This document shows, in pieces, positions 30,801-40,980 of a stretch of DNA of 64,000 nucleotides. The notes below the pieces were generated by a model. That model saw only the letters and a program-made list of their open reading frames with translations. It was not told the DNA's origin and searched no databases. The position numbers were made by a program, and so were the translations under genes. Origin of the DNA: a candidate division WWE3 bacterium (lineage in GTDB: Bacteria > Patescibacteriota > WWE3 > UBA101185 > UBA10185); assembly GCA_052035175.1 (NCBI GenBank), contig JBPOHV010000001.1:459338-523337 (forward strand). The letters are read 5' to 3'. How positions within the stretch are numbered: position 1 is the first letter of the stretch; each line of letters begins with the position of its first letter.

Positions 30801-32034
30801 CGTTAGTCGGTGCAATCTTTCTTGAATACCATCTGTTGGTTTTGATGCCTTGTTCTGGACCTAAACTTCTAGGAGTTAGTTCGTTGAAATCTTTCGGTTT
30901 TGGTAATCTTACGTTATCTTCTGACTCTCTTATAGCTGTTATTGGTAAAGTTGGTTGTACTGTAATCGGAGCTTTTTCAACGCCTAATCTTTCGAGTACT
31001 CGTCGGGTTTTTATTGCAGCTGCAGCCTCTGCTAGAGAAGAGAAAAGTAATTTGGTTTGTATCAATGCGGTTATCTCAATTTTCAATTTTTTTTGCTCTG
31101 CCTCAGTTAGTGAGGTTTCTATAGCGTAGAGTCGCAATTCATTTGCAAGTAAATCGGCCAGCTTAGCGATACTATTTGGTGTATCTAATTTTACAGTGTG
31201 CGGGTTTACTTCTGGGTCATGTAACGCTTTGATAATGCCTATTCGTTTTGCAGCTTTGTTTCTTTTTATATTTAAAGGGCGGTCAGCCTCATCGTCTGGG
31301 TTGGCAACAAATGCTTCAATTTCAGGTAGCTTAAAAGTCTCTACTGCCATAGCTTTATATCTATTATAGGTAGTTTTTAATTCTGCTTGTACTTGGTTAT
31401 ATGAAGATGTATTAGTAGCTGTAAGTTTGTTTGCGGAGTATTTATGTATAGTATTTATAGCTCTACCTATCCAAATGGCTGCGATATTAAGTCTTATTCT
31501 TTCATTTTCTCCTGATGTATCTTGAGATATGTCTACTGCGTATTTTTTCCAATATACCTTTAAATCTTCTTCTAATGCGCTGTAGTTTTGATCTTCTAAG
31601 TGATTGATGTATGTGTCAGCCATTGCTACTGCGTATGCTTCGCTGGCGGTGGTTGGGGGCATATTAGGGCTCATATCATACGTATTCGTACTATAGAGTG
31701 TACGCATTTTGTCAACATCGGGATCAGCTTGAAGCACAAACTTTGGTGCTGGGTTAACCTTGATCTGCTTGAAGAGTTCGAACGCAGTTCTTGCATCATC
31801 TAACTCTTGTTGTGTTATGTCGGTACTTTCTTTTGTACTTGCATAAGCTGGTAGTGCCTTGACGGTAAGACTTGGTGCATTACGCTTATTAGTATGCTGT
31901 GTTCTCTGCTTATCAACTTTAAATGGCGCCTTGCCGTTTAGTTTTGCTTCTTGACCAGCGATATCTAAAAAAAGAGGCAAGTAATCATCTGGCAGGTCAT
32001 TGGCTACTTTTTCAAAATTGGATCCTAGGGGCAT
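30784..32034 (-). CDS. Hypothetical protein
   Basis: 416-aa ORF; TATAAT 6 nt upstream of the ATG. Confidence 0.6.
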   Translation of the reverse strand: MPLGSNFEKVANDLPDDYLPLFLDIAGQEAKLNGKAPFKVDKQRTQHTNKRNAPSLTVKALPAYASTKESTDITQQELDDARTAFELFKQIKVNPAPKFVLQADPDVDKMRTLYSTNTYDMSPNMPPTTASEAYAVAMADTYINHLEDQNYSALEEDLKVYWKKYAVDISQDTSGENERIRLNIAAIWIGRAINTIHKYSANKLTATNTSSYNQVQAELKTTYNRYKAMAVETFKLPEIEAFVANPDDEADRPLNIKRNKAAKRIGIIKALHDPEVNPHTVKLDTPNSIAKLADLLANELRLYAIETSLTEAEQKKLKIEITALIQTKLLFSSLAEAAAAIKTRRVLERLGVEKAPITVQPTLPITAIRESEDNVRLPKPKDFNELTPRSLGPEQGIKTNRWYSRKIAPTNANSKD

Positions 32035-32066
32035 ATATAGATTATACTTTATTCAACTTAATTTTG

Positions 32067-32429
32067 TTAACTATTAATCAATTTTACAGAAAATACTGCG
32101 CGTTTTTTGTCTCCATTGTTATCTTCGATTTCCATTTCGCCAGATTCTCGGTAATACTCAACAATCTCTTGCGATAGTAATTCTTTGTTTTCTTTCATTG
32201 TTTGTCTGATATCTTTTAGTTTTTCTTCAATTTCTTTAAATTTTGGTGCCAAAAGTGTTTTTGCTTTTTTTTCATTGAGTTGACTTTTGACTTTATTAAC
32301 TTCTTCGAGCACATCTTGGTAAGAATTATCTTCTTCAAGGTACTCGTTAAAAATTTCTTTAACTTTATTCATTTCTGCTTGCAGGTCTGAAATTATTTTT
32401 AATCGTTTTTTTATAATATCTGTAGTCAT
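32067..32429 (-). CDS. Hypothetical coiled-coil protein
   Basis: Charged helical ORF; TACAAT 7 nt before ATG 32429. Confidence 0.6.
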   Translation of the reverse strand: MTTDIIKKRLKIISDLQAEMNKVKEIFNEYLEEDNSYQDVLEEVNKVKSQLNEKKAKTLLAPKFKEIEEKLKDIRQTMKENKELLSQEIVEYYRESGEMEIEDNNGDKKRAVFSVKLINS

Positions 32430-32513
32430 AAGAAATATTGTATCAGGTTTGTGTATATATGTTGAGATATATCTTCTTGACAAAACAGGTATATAGGATT
32501 TATCTTACATTGA

Positions 32514-35500
32514 ATGAGTATTTTTGTATTCGTTCACAATATTATTAATCGAAAATTATTTTTTTCCTCAACAATTTTTCTAACGCTTCTAACATCTTCA
32601 TTTTTAGTTTCAAATATATCTTACGCAGCGACAGATTGGTCTATGGCTGGAGGAAATCCTCAGCGTAATAGTTGGACACCCGATGAAGCTCCCGGTGGTA
32701 AAAAAATATCTTGTGTAGTTCCTATAGAACCATACGTTCAATTTGAAGCTCAACCTATTGTTGCGAATAATAAAGTTTTTGTATCTACTGCCAAAGGTTT
32801 GTATGCATTCAATATTGCTGATTGTACCCAAGCATGGGCAAACCCTTTTGCTACAGAGCTACCTTTAGGTAACTCGCCAACTTATTCAAACGGGAAATTG
32901 TATGTAAGTGGTACAGATCGCAAACTTTATGCACTAGATGCAACTAATGGTACAAAACTTTGGGAATTTATTGCTGATGGTCCTTTTGAAGTAAATCCTT
33001 TGGTAGTTGATGGAGTTGTTTATGCCGGAAACCATGATGGAAATATGTATGCTATTGATGCTACTACCGGACAAAAGCTATGGAATTACAACGTAGGTGC
33101 TCAAATATTCCAATCTGCGACATACAATAACAATAAAATCTTTTTTGGTGCAATGAATAGCAAAGCATATGCTTTAAATATTGACGGTACATTATCTTGG
33201 AGTACTCCATTGCCAGTCATGGGTTGGAGAACTTTTTGGCCAGTGGTTTATCAAGACAAAATAATATGGACACGTACAGATTTTGCACGAAACAGTAATT
33301 ATCCCAATGATTTTTCTGGTGAATCTTCTATGGTAAAAGAAAGAGATTATTTGTTTGGACCAAATCCAAATGACTCTGGAAGTATAGCTGGTCAAGTTTA
33401 TACACAAACACAACCAAATAGTTGGTTACCAGTCAATTCAAAATATGCAGACTTAAGCGTAAATCCAATAATACCTGGAAACAGTGTTGTGAATTATTTG
33501 GAAGCAAATATACAAAGCAGAAATCTTTTTATCCTCAATCAAAGTGATGGCGTCGAAAACTTTTTTCAACTTGACGACGATAACAATGATGGCTTAATAA
33601 ATTCAAGTGATACTCCAGATGCAGCTCCATTTCTTACATATTCTGGAGATAATAATACTGGGTATCCACCAGTAGTTAGTGGTTATAATGGTCTTATCTA
33701 TACAAGAAACCCAATCTATCAAAGCGGAGTTCTTTCTGGATCTATGGCGCAAGGTTGGAATTATGGTACACCTTTGGTAAGTATAGCTTTATCGAGCCAA
33801 AGTGGTACTAGTCCAGATTGGCCAATGGATGAATATGTAGGATTATCAGCAGGCGGCAAATATTTACATTGGAGCGTGATTTTGGGAAGAAATATTGGTG
33901 GTGTAGATTTGTCCAAACCAAATGCCGCATTTCCTGGATTTGATAAGACTCGCCAATTTAGATATATAAATCGAAGTCAGCCAGGTACAAATAGTGGTTT
34001 ATTTCCTGTTGGATTCAATACACAAACACACAAATTCTTTTGGTATCCATCACAAGTTCAACCAGATAGCCAGTTATACTTCGGCCACAATTATCAGACT
34101 GGACCTGTTGTATACGGCACCAATGTTGTTTCTACTGTCAGTAATTCTTTGGTAGTTTTTGCTCCTACTGGAAGTGCTTCATTAAAACCTGTAGCTTTAA
34201 GCCCGACCAATACGCCTTCTGCTGCTACCACTGTTTCAAATACAATTTTACGAGAAAGATTAATTAATGAAATCACCAAAATTGTTACACCAGATTCAAA
34301 TGGTAATTTTGTGACCTTTAAACCTGGTTATACAAATGTAGGTAATTTTGATTCTCATGCGTATGCTTCGCTTGGAGATAATATTTTGGATTATTGGAGT
34401 AATCCTGCAGAAACTATAACTGCTCTTATTTCGACACTTCCTTATTTAGATGAACCTTTAAAAACACAAACCCGTTCTTATATACAACATATATATGCAA
34501 CTTATCCTCCATATCAGTACACGCATGTTGGTTGGGTAGAAGGTTCATTTAGACAAAATTTTGTTTGGCCAGAAGCAATGATCAACAATACTTTGCAAAA
34601 AGTTGGTGTTTCAAGTTTTTACAGTGGGATAACTCCGTTCAATGTATATAGTATGTATAAATATGCCGAAGTTGGTCTTGGTGATCCTGTTGCTGTTTAT
34701 CAAAACGCTAAAAATATTTTACCGCCTCAAGTTCCTTCTTTTGCAACAGACACTTATTTAAAAACATATACACATGTCTTAAATAGTTATATTGCTGGGT
34801 ATATTGGTTATGTAAAATTGGCTCAATTAGCTCAAACTACTGATAATTATAATGCTTATATTACTGAAAGAGATCGTTTGTTGACTCTTCGTAAAAATAA
34901 TTGGGCTACTACACCTCCTACTGCAGGTATAAATAATGCAGCACCCAAACTTTATTTTCATACTTTAATTACTGGTTGGAATTTTATGTATATGGTACCT
35001 GAGTTGGCAGATTATTTGAGTGCAAATATTCTTTCTGCTGTGAATACTACTATTAATATGTATACAGATAAAGTTCCTTATCCTGTACCAGGAACTAATA
35101 ACGGACCACGAGCCCCTTATTGGTTTATTCCTGAGAATAAAGAAGTACAAGGTGAAAATGGTATTACACCTTACTATCAAACTTTTGGTATTTTCCAAGC
35201 AAAAGCTTTAATTTCAAAAAGCACTCAAACTGAACTAAGTAAATATATTAGTATGCCAGTTACTCCTGTTGGAGATTTATTCTACATACAAAATTTAGTT
35301 GCAGTTCTAAATGCACCCGATGATACTGCTCCAGTAGTAACAATCACTTCACCAAGTAATAATTCTATATTGACTAATGTAGTATCTGTTACAGCTGCCG
35401 CACAAGATAATGGGTGGTTGAGTAATGTTTCTTTTTACAAAGACGCAGACTTGTTATTCACTGATACATCAGCACCTTACGAGTATGATCTTGACACTAC

Positions 35501-36158
35501 GCAGTTTACAAACGGTGACTACACACTCACTGCAATTGCTACTGATGCGTCGAACAATACAGCGTTCTATTCTATTAATATAACTGTTGATAATGTTTTA
35601 CCTGATACTACAAACCCAACAGTTGATATAACGCAGCCAGCAGATAATACTGTAGTTGCTGGTAATGTAACTTTAACTGCTAACGCATCAGACGATGTAG
35701 CATTGTCGGGCGTCCAGTTTAAGCTTGATGATATAGACTTAGGCGTATTAGATACTGAAGCACCCTATACTGTAGATTTAGATACTACTTTATATAGTAA
35801 TAGCACTCATACAATAAGTGCAGTGGCATACGATACATCGGGAAACACAAGTACAGATCAAATTTCTTTGACTTTTGATAATGAACTGCCGGAGGCACAG
35901 ATTACAAGTCCGCTACCAGATGAAACTCTATTTGGTTTAGTTACAATTTCTGCAAATGCCATAGATAATATTGGAATCTCCACGGTACAGTTTAAACTCG
36001 ACGATTCAGAGTTAGGAGCTCTTTTGATTGAATCTCCTTATACAGTTGACTTTGACTCAACTCAGGTTACAAATGGAGCTCATACGTTATCTGTTGTTGC
36101 ACTCGATACTGTTGGTAATGTCACTAATCATACAATAAACATTATTGTTCAAAATTAG
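32514..36158 (+). CDS. Large secreted protein: PQQ/BamB-like propeller repeats, helical middle domain, three bacterial Ig-like domains
   Basis: DWSMAGGNPQRN, LYALDATNGTKLWEF repeats; three ~95-aa P.V.ITSP...V.F..D repeats at the C-terminus. Confidence 0.8.
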   Translation: MSIFVFVHNIINRKLFFSSTIFLTLLTSSFLVSNISYAATDWSMAGGNPQRNSWTPDEAPGGKKISCVVPIEPYVQFEAQPIVANNKVFVSTAKGLYAFNIADCTQAWANPFATELPLGNSPTYSNGKLYVSGTDRKLYALDATNGTKLWEFIADGPFEVNPLVVDGVVYAGNHDGNMYAIDATTGQKLWNYNVGAQIFQSATYNNNKIFFGAMNSKAYALNIDGTLSWSTPLPVMGWRTFWPVVYQDKIIWTRTDFARNSNYPNDFSGESSMVKERDYLFGPNPNDSGSIAGQVYTQTQPNSWLPVNSKYADLSVNPIIPGNSVVNYLEANIQSRNLFILNQSDGVENFFQLDDDNNDGLINSSDTPDAAPFLTYSGDNNTGYPPVVSGYNGLIYTRNPIYQSGVLSGSMAQGWNYGTPLVSIALSSQSGTSPDWPMDEYVGLSAGGKYLHWSVILGRNIGGVDLSKPNAAFPGFDKTRQFRYINRSQPGTNSGLFPVGFNTQTHKFFWYPSQVQPDSQLYFGHNYQTGPVVYGTNVVSTVSNSLVVFAPTGSASLKPVALSPTNTPSAATTVSNTILRERLINEITKIVTPDSNGNFVTFKPGYTNVGNFDSHAYASLGDNILDYWSNPAETITALISTLPYLDEPLKTQTRSYIQHIYATYPPYQYTHVGWVEGSFRQNFVWPEAMINNTLQKVGVSSFYSGITPFNVYSMYKYAEVGLGDPVAVYQNAKNILPPQVPSFATDTYLKTYTHVLNSYIAGYIGYVKLAQLAQTTDNYNAYITERDRLLTLRKNNWATTPPTAGINNAAPKLYFHTLITGWNFMYMVPELADYLSANILSAVNTTINMYTDKVPYPVPGTNNGPRAPYWFIPENKEVQGENGITPYYQTFGIFQAKALISKSTQTELSKYISMPVTPVGDLFYIQNLVAVLNAPDDTAPVVTITSPSNNSILTNVVSVTAAAQDNGWLSNVSFYKDADLLFTDTSAPYEYDLDTTQFTNGDYTLTAIATDASNNTAFYSINITVDNVLPDTTNPTVDITQPADNTVVAGNVTLTANASDDVALSGVQFKLDDIDLGVLDTEAPYTVDLDTTLYSNSTHTISAVAYDTSGNTSTDQISLTFDNELPEAQITSPLPDETLFGLVTISANAIDNIGISTVQFKLDDSELGALLIESPYTVDFDSTQVTNGAHTLSVVALDTVGNVTNHTINIIVQN

Positions 36159-36195
36159 TATTGACATACCACTTAATTTTCTTCACCATATACAC

Positions 36196-37752
36196 ATGAA
36201 TAATAAAAATTTGCCCGGAATTATACATGCAGGCCTAGCGGTATTGTCTATAGCGCTGTTAGTGCTTGCTTTTTCTTTTAGTTTTAAAATTGTAGACAGA
36301 ATGAGAGGCGAAGTAGCTGCAGCAAAATCAGCGTTACCGACTATTGGCAGAAAACCAAGTGCGGTCTCAATGGTTTTTTGGCCTAATAATTTCTCTCCTA
36401 TAAATTATCCAGTTGCCGATCATGAGCAACTTCCAGTAGAAAATAACAACATAGTAGTTTTACAAAACATGAATCACACAGGAAGTGTTGGTTATTATTG
36501 GTCTAGGTTTACAGATACTCCATTTATTTGGAAAAACCAACAAGACTCTGGTGATCAAGATACAAAAGCTAGAATGTATGGTTATACTACTGCACCTTGT
36601 GGTGTGTATCAGGATATGCGTATGGAAATTTGGCCTGTGAGAGATAATATTCAGTATTATAACCATGGCGTTGTTTTCCCAAATACTGATCAATGGGTTT
36701 GCGGACCAAATGGAGACGGTACGAACTGGTTTAAGACTGTATCCGGCTTGCCAAATGGTGGCTTTAATAATGAACCGATATATGAATTGTTTTTTAGAGC
36801 TGCACCGATAAAGCTCGGTACTAATTATTTTTGGAATATCTCAAAACTTGATGTCTGTAATCCAGATGTAGGCGGTACAGGGTGTGAACTTGCAACCTGG
36901 CCACCTGTACAAGTTTTGGGTACAGTAGTAACACCAAAACAAATGTGTTCTGATGCCACAACAAATGCTAAGAATGCTATTTCTTGGGAACCTATTGTAA
37001 ATGCAACTGATTATCAAGTTGATGCATGTGCTGGCGCTTCTTGTACAAATTTTGCAAATGTTGCTACAGTTCCTGCCACACAACCTACTAGATTTATACA
37101 TCAAGGATTAGTTGATGATACTTATTACAGATATAGAGTACGTGGACATAACTCTAATGAGAACGTGTATGGTATCTGGTCAAATCCAGTTTCTGTAAAA
37201 GTTGACCCTACTTGTACAACATTTGTTTCATCTAAAAAGTACACAGGTGCCATTACAAATGGTAATAACACAGGTCTTGTTGCTGCTGATCTTGAATGCC
37301 AAGCCATGGCTGATACAGCTACTTTAGATGGTACATTTAAAGCTTGGTTGTCAACTGATGCTGCTGGTGGTGATGCAGTTACTCGTATAAGTAACTCTAA
37401 GTATAGACTTGTCACTGGCGTTCAAGTAGCTGATAGCAAGTCAGATTTGATTGATAGTGATCCACTTACTTCAGTTATAAATAAAACTGAGCTTGGCGCT
37501 ACTTCATCAGAAAGATTTGTGTACACAGGTACACTTGCCAATGGGCAAAATGCTTCTAATACTTGCTACAATTGGACATCAAGTAACCAAGCGCACAACG
37601 CAAACGTTGGAGATACTCAAAGTACTACAGGTGCATGGACAAATTATTCTAGTACCTTGCCATGTAGTTACAACAACACGCCTCCAAATAACCCAACAAT
37701 GTATCCCATCTACTGTTTCCAGACAGATGGTTTGATTGGCAACGGTTACTAA
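36196..37752 (+). CDS. Membrane-anchored protein with FN3 and DUF1554-like domains
   Basis: N-terminal TM; YYRYRVRGHN...WSN FN3 signature; FVSS..YTG...ADLECQ...FKAWLS...IYCFQ. Confidence 0.7.
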   Translation: MNNKNLPGIIHAGLAVLSIALLVLAFSFSFKIVDRMRGEVAAAKSALPTIGRKPSAVSMVFWPNNFSPINYPVADHEQLPVENNNIVVLQNMNHTGSVGYYWSRFTDTPFIWKNQQDSGDQDTKARMYGYTTAPCGVYQDMRMEIWPVRDNIQYYNHGVVFPNTDQWVCGPNGDGTNWFKTVSGLPNGGFNNEPIYELFFRAAPIKLGTNYFWNISKLDVCNPDVGGTGCELATWPPVQVLGTVVTPKQMCSDATTNAKNAISWEPIVNATDYQVDACAGASCTNFANVATVPATQPTRFIHQGLVDDTYYRYRVRGHNSNENVYGIWSNPVSVKVDPTCTTFVSSKKYTGAITNGNNTGLVAADLECQAMADTATLDGTFKAWLSTDAAGGDAVTRISNSKYRLVTGVQVADSKSDLIDSDPLTSVINKTELGATSSERFVYTGTLANGQNASNTCYNWTSSNQAHNANVGDTQSTTGAWTNYSSTLPCSYNNTPPNNPTMYPIYCFQTDGLIGNGY

Positions 37753-37773
37753 AAACTAAATAGAAATTCAATG

Positions 37774-37810
37774 ATATGCCCCGGTACTACAAAGTACCGG
37801 GGCATATTTT
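37774..37810 (+). terminator. Rho-independent terminator
   Basis: 15-bp stem ATATGCCCCGGTACT / AGTACCGGGGCATAT, 4-nt loop, followed by T-rich sequence. Confidence 0.8.
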
Positions 37811-37863
37811 ATTTGTATGAAATTCTACTTGCAAGTAATTTATATTTGGAGTAGCTTTAAAGT

Positions 37864-39351
37864 ATGAAGCTTATAAATAATACAAAACTAATAACCTTAT
37901 TATTTATTTCATCTTTTTTTATATCCATATTTATAATCAACCCTGTATTCGCAAATAGTGATTTTGCAACATCTCCTGTTAATTATCGTTTGCTAGAAAC
38001 AAGCTATGATCACTTACCCGAACAGTTAGATGAGCAGATGCTTTGGGTTTATGTAGCAGTTCCCTGGCATATTGCAGAACCTTGTGATTCTGCTAAGCGT
38101 AATTGCCCATACAACTGGAATGACCCTGCTATGGTAGAGGTTGAGGATGCAATTGACCAATACATAGCCGCAGGGAAGAAAGTCTTTATTACAATAAAAA
38201 CCACTCCTGAGTGGGCAAGAGACCCACTATGTATTACAGCTGGTGCACCTACTTGTAGGCCCAAACAGTCAGCTTGGGATAATTTTGAACGATTTGCTAT
38301 AGCGTTATACGAACGACATCCATTAATTTTTGGACTTGAAGTTTGGAATGAGCCTGATGCTCCAGCATTTGAGACTTACTATGGTGGATGGGCAAATCCA
38401 GGAGATCCCACTTATGGAGGAGTTTGGTATGGAGAGTTTTTAGCTGACATTTATCCCACTATCAAAGCTGCGTTCGGTCCAAATAGATTTATATATATAG
38501 GTGGTTTAGCTCAAACTAATGTAGTCACTCACCCAAGTATGCAGTTTTTTTCTGGTGTCATGCAAACTATAAAAAATAGATCTGCGTGTATAAATGTAAT
38601 TGGCAGTAATTATGATTTGTGCGCAGACGGAATGCTGATGCATATGTATCCTTATTGGAAGTGTCTTGACGCTACTTGTACTGGTCTAGACTGGGATGTT
38701 GCGCGCGGTCAGTTAATGCAACTTGGCAATGAAGGCATGATAAAAGGAAAAATCATGTTTAATAAACAAATAATTTCTGATAACTGCAGTACAGAGGATT
38801 GTGTTAATAAATTTCCAATTAAAATTAATGAAACTGCTTTAATAAAAAATGACGCGAGTTGTGATCAGCCACATTATGCAGAGTATAAGCTAGCTAAAAT
38901 TAAATTTTTACCAAAGTTGTATTTTAGAGCGTTAGTCAACTTGGTAGGAAATACTCCATCGATAGCATATTTTGATTATGAAGATAGCTGGCAATGCGTA
39001 GGACTCAAGTATAATAATGAAACTGAACCGTTTGAAGTTTATGACTTCTTGTCTGAAAAACTTTATAATTACTCATGGAAGTTAGACTCTTACGTTTTTG
39101 GTGCAGGCAATAATACAGAGGTTGTTAAATTAAGAGATGAATATCAGCCAAACATTCAATTTTGGGCAGTTTATAATAATTCAAGTACAGTAATGTCGTG
39201 TTTCGATATACCGGTTGCAAATAGTGTTACAGTTTATGATGTGTTTGGTATTATAATGACTCCTCGGGTAGACTTCTGTAACCCAGTTCCGGGTGTATGG
39301 AACAGAGTTACACTTTACGATAGCCCAGTATATTTTAGTATTACCAATTGA
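37864..39351 (+). CDS. Secreted clan GH-A glycoside hydrolase (GH5/GH39-like)
   Basis: Signal peptide; TPEWA, EVWNEPD acid/base, HMY, INET nucleophile. Confidence 0.75.
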   Translation: MKLINNTKLITLLFISSFFISIFIINPVFANSDFATSPVNYRLLETSYDHLPEQLDEQMLWVYVAVPWHIAEPCDSAKRNCPYNWNDPAMVEVEDAIDQYIAAGKKVFITIKTTPEWARDPLCITAGAPTCRPKQSAWDNFERFAIALYERHPLIFGLEVWNEPDAPAFETYYGGWANPGDPTYGGVWYGEFLADIYPTIKAAFGPNRFIYIGGLAQTNVVTHPSMQFFSGVMQTIKNRSACINVIGSNYDLCADGMLMHMYPYWKCLDATCTGLDWDVARGQLMQLGNEGMIKGKIMFNKQIISDNCSTEDCVNKFPIKINETALIKNDASCDQPHYAEYKLAKIKFLPKLYFRALVNLVGNTPSIAYFDYEDSWQCVGLKYNNETEPFEVYDFLSEKLYNYSWKLDSYVFGAGNNTEVVKLRDEYQPNIQFWAVYNNSSTVMSCFDIPVANSVTVYDVFGIIMTPRVDFCNPVPGVWNRVTLYDSPVYFSITN

Positions 39352-39354
39352 GTA

Positions 39355-40455
39355 TTATTCAGTCAAATACACATTTCCAGTTTTTATTGAATATTCTAAG
39401 TTGTACTCAGACTTATTGTATCTATCTTTACCAGATGAAGTTGGGTAAAGCTTGAATTTGAGTGTTTCACTATCTATTATCATTATCTCTGGTTGTAAGC
39501 CTTTTGAATAATCTGAGAAATATAAATCTTTTATGATTGCCTGTACTTGTTTATTCTCCGACTTGTGTATAAGCCATTTTATAGTCATAGCATCAAGAAA
39601 AGCGAAATCATTGAGAATATAGTTATCATTCACTTTATACGAAGCTGTAAGTGTACTGTATATTTTATCTTGTGTTTTTATGCTTAGCTGGTTTAGATCT
39701 GTAACATACTGTTGGCTGTATGAACGTAATAAATGTCCCAATGCCTCATTGTCTACCAGATAAGACGTATCCTCATTAAAATGTTGTGAAAGATTGAAAT
39801 TACCTTCTTCGTTTTGTTGAAGCTCAAATGTTTTTGTACTTGGCAGGTATTTCCAACTTATGACGCTATACCAAATACCTATATCACCTGATTGCTTCTG
39901 ATTTACAAGATAATAGTTGGTGTACGCATCTGAGTTATAGACTATTATTTCTTTATCTGTAGTAACTAATATTTTATCTGGTGATAGATTATCTTTAGCA
40001 ACTTCTGTCGTGTTAGTACGATTTTTCCAGCCAAGTGTTTCGGTGTTTACTGAAGGAAGCTCTACTTTTTCTAATGAGTTATTGTCTTGTATATATAATC
40101 CATCTGCCAATATGACATAATAAGTGTTTTCTACTTTTCTAACATGCTTATTTAAGGCACTAGTTATGTCTGTTATCTCTTTGTATATTCCTTCATATTG
40201 TCTTAGGCTGGATAAAACTTGTTGATATATGATTGTGTCTGGCTTTCCATAAGTTGAAGCGCTGAGTTTAAATGTATCTACCCTTAAAATAGGTGTTCCT
40301 ATGTTACCTATTGGCATTTTCTTTTGTATGGCTGGCTGACCGTTATTAGTTTGCTTATAGTTACGTGCAGTTTGAAGAAGTGCCATACTGCTTCCAAAAA
40401 GTACCAATAAAATTATTGTTATACCAGATGCTATTAGTTGTTTATTTTTATGCAT
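39355..40455 (-). CDS. Hypothetical membrane-anchored protein
   Basis: N-terminal TM; TACAAT 6 nt upstream of the ATG. Confidence 0.6.
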   Translation of the reverse strand: MHKNKQLIASGITIILLVLFGSSMALLQTARNYKQTNNGQPAIQKKMPIGNIGTPILRVDTFKLSASTYGKPDTIIYQQVLSSLRQYEGIYKEITDITSALNKHVRKVENTYYVILADGLYIQDNNSLEKVELPSVNTETLGWKNRTNTTEVAKDNLSPDKILVTTDKEIIVYNSDAYTNYYLVNQKQSGDIGIWYSVISWKYLPSTKTFELQQNEEGNFNLSQHFNEDTSYLVDNEALGHLLRSYSQQYVTDLNQLSIKTQDKIYSTLTASYKVNDNYILNDFAFLDAMTIKWLIHKSENKQVQAIIKDLYFSDYSKGLQPEIMIIDSETLKFKLYPTSSGKDRYNKSEYNLEYSIKTGNVYLTE

Positions 40456-40526
40456 ATCAAAATTGTACGCCGTTTGGGGTTAATTGTAGATACTTGTGTT
40501 GATTTATATAGAAAATCGCTATAGAT

Positions 40527-40800
40527 CTATGTTGTTCTTGGTTTAAAGTTGGTTTCAAAAAGCAATTTTAAGTAATGTTTGTCTTGTGGGATCATGTTCA
40601 AAGCATCTAAATCTTTCGCATCTACCCATAGCATGCTTTGCCCTTCATTCAAGTTTAATTTTTGATCAGGATTATATTTTGCCACCAAATAAGCTATAGA
40701 GAGACGGGTAAATAGGAGCATCATCTGTCCGTTGTTGTATTAAGGCTTGGTTACTTTCGTTATAAAGTACTATATTAGCTACTCTTCGAATTGATTCCAT
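40527..40800 (-). pseudogene. NUDIX hydrolase pseudogene lacking the Nudix box
   Basis: From ATG 40800: MESIRRVANIVLYNESNQALIQQRTDDAPIYPSLYSLFGGKI*; the C-terminal part (LNLNEGQSMLWVD...) is in another frame; no REUxEE motif between them. Confidence 0.7.
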
Positions 40801-40809
40801 ATTTATCTT

Positions 40810-40818
40810 TGGTGACCC
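40810..40818. repeat. Putative distal att core (9-bp direct repeat)
   Basis: TGGTGACCC identical to 47576-47584; followed by an open in-frame tail ending at TAA 40914-40916. Confidence 0.7.
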
Positions 40819-40980
40819 AACTGAGATTAAACTGGAACCCCCTACTTTCATCTATTATTGATTTGGTAGGTGTGCTTAAGAGTCCAAGTCCGTCTATAAC
40901 TTTAGCTTTCAACTAAGCACTTATAGCTCATCTATTACTACCCAATATGTACTAGAAACCCTCAGTACTACTTTCAAGTC

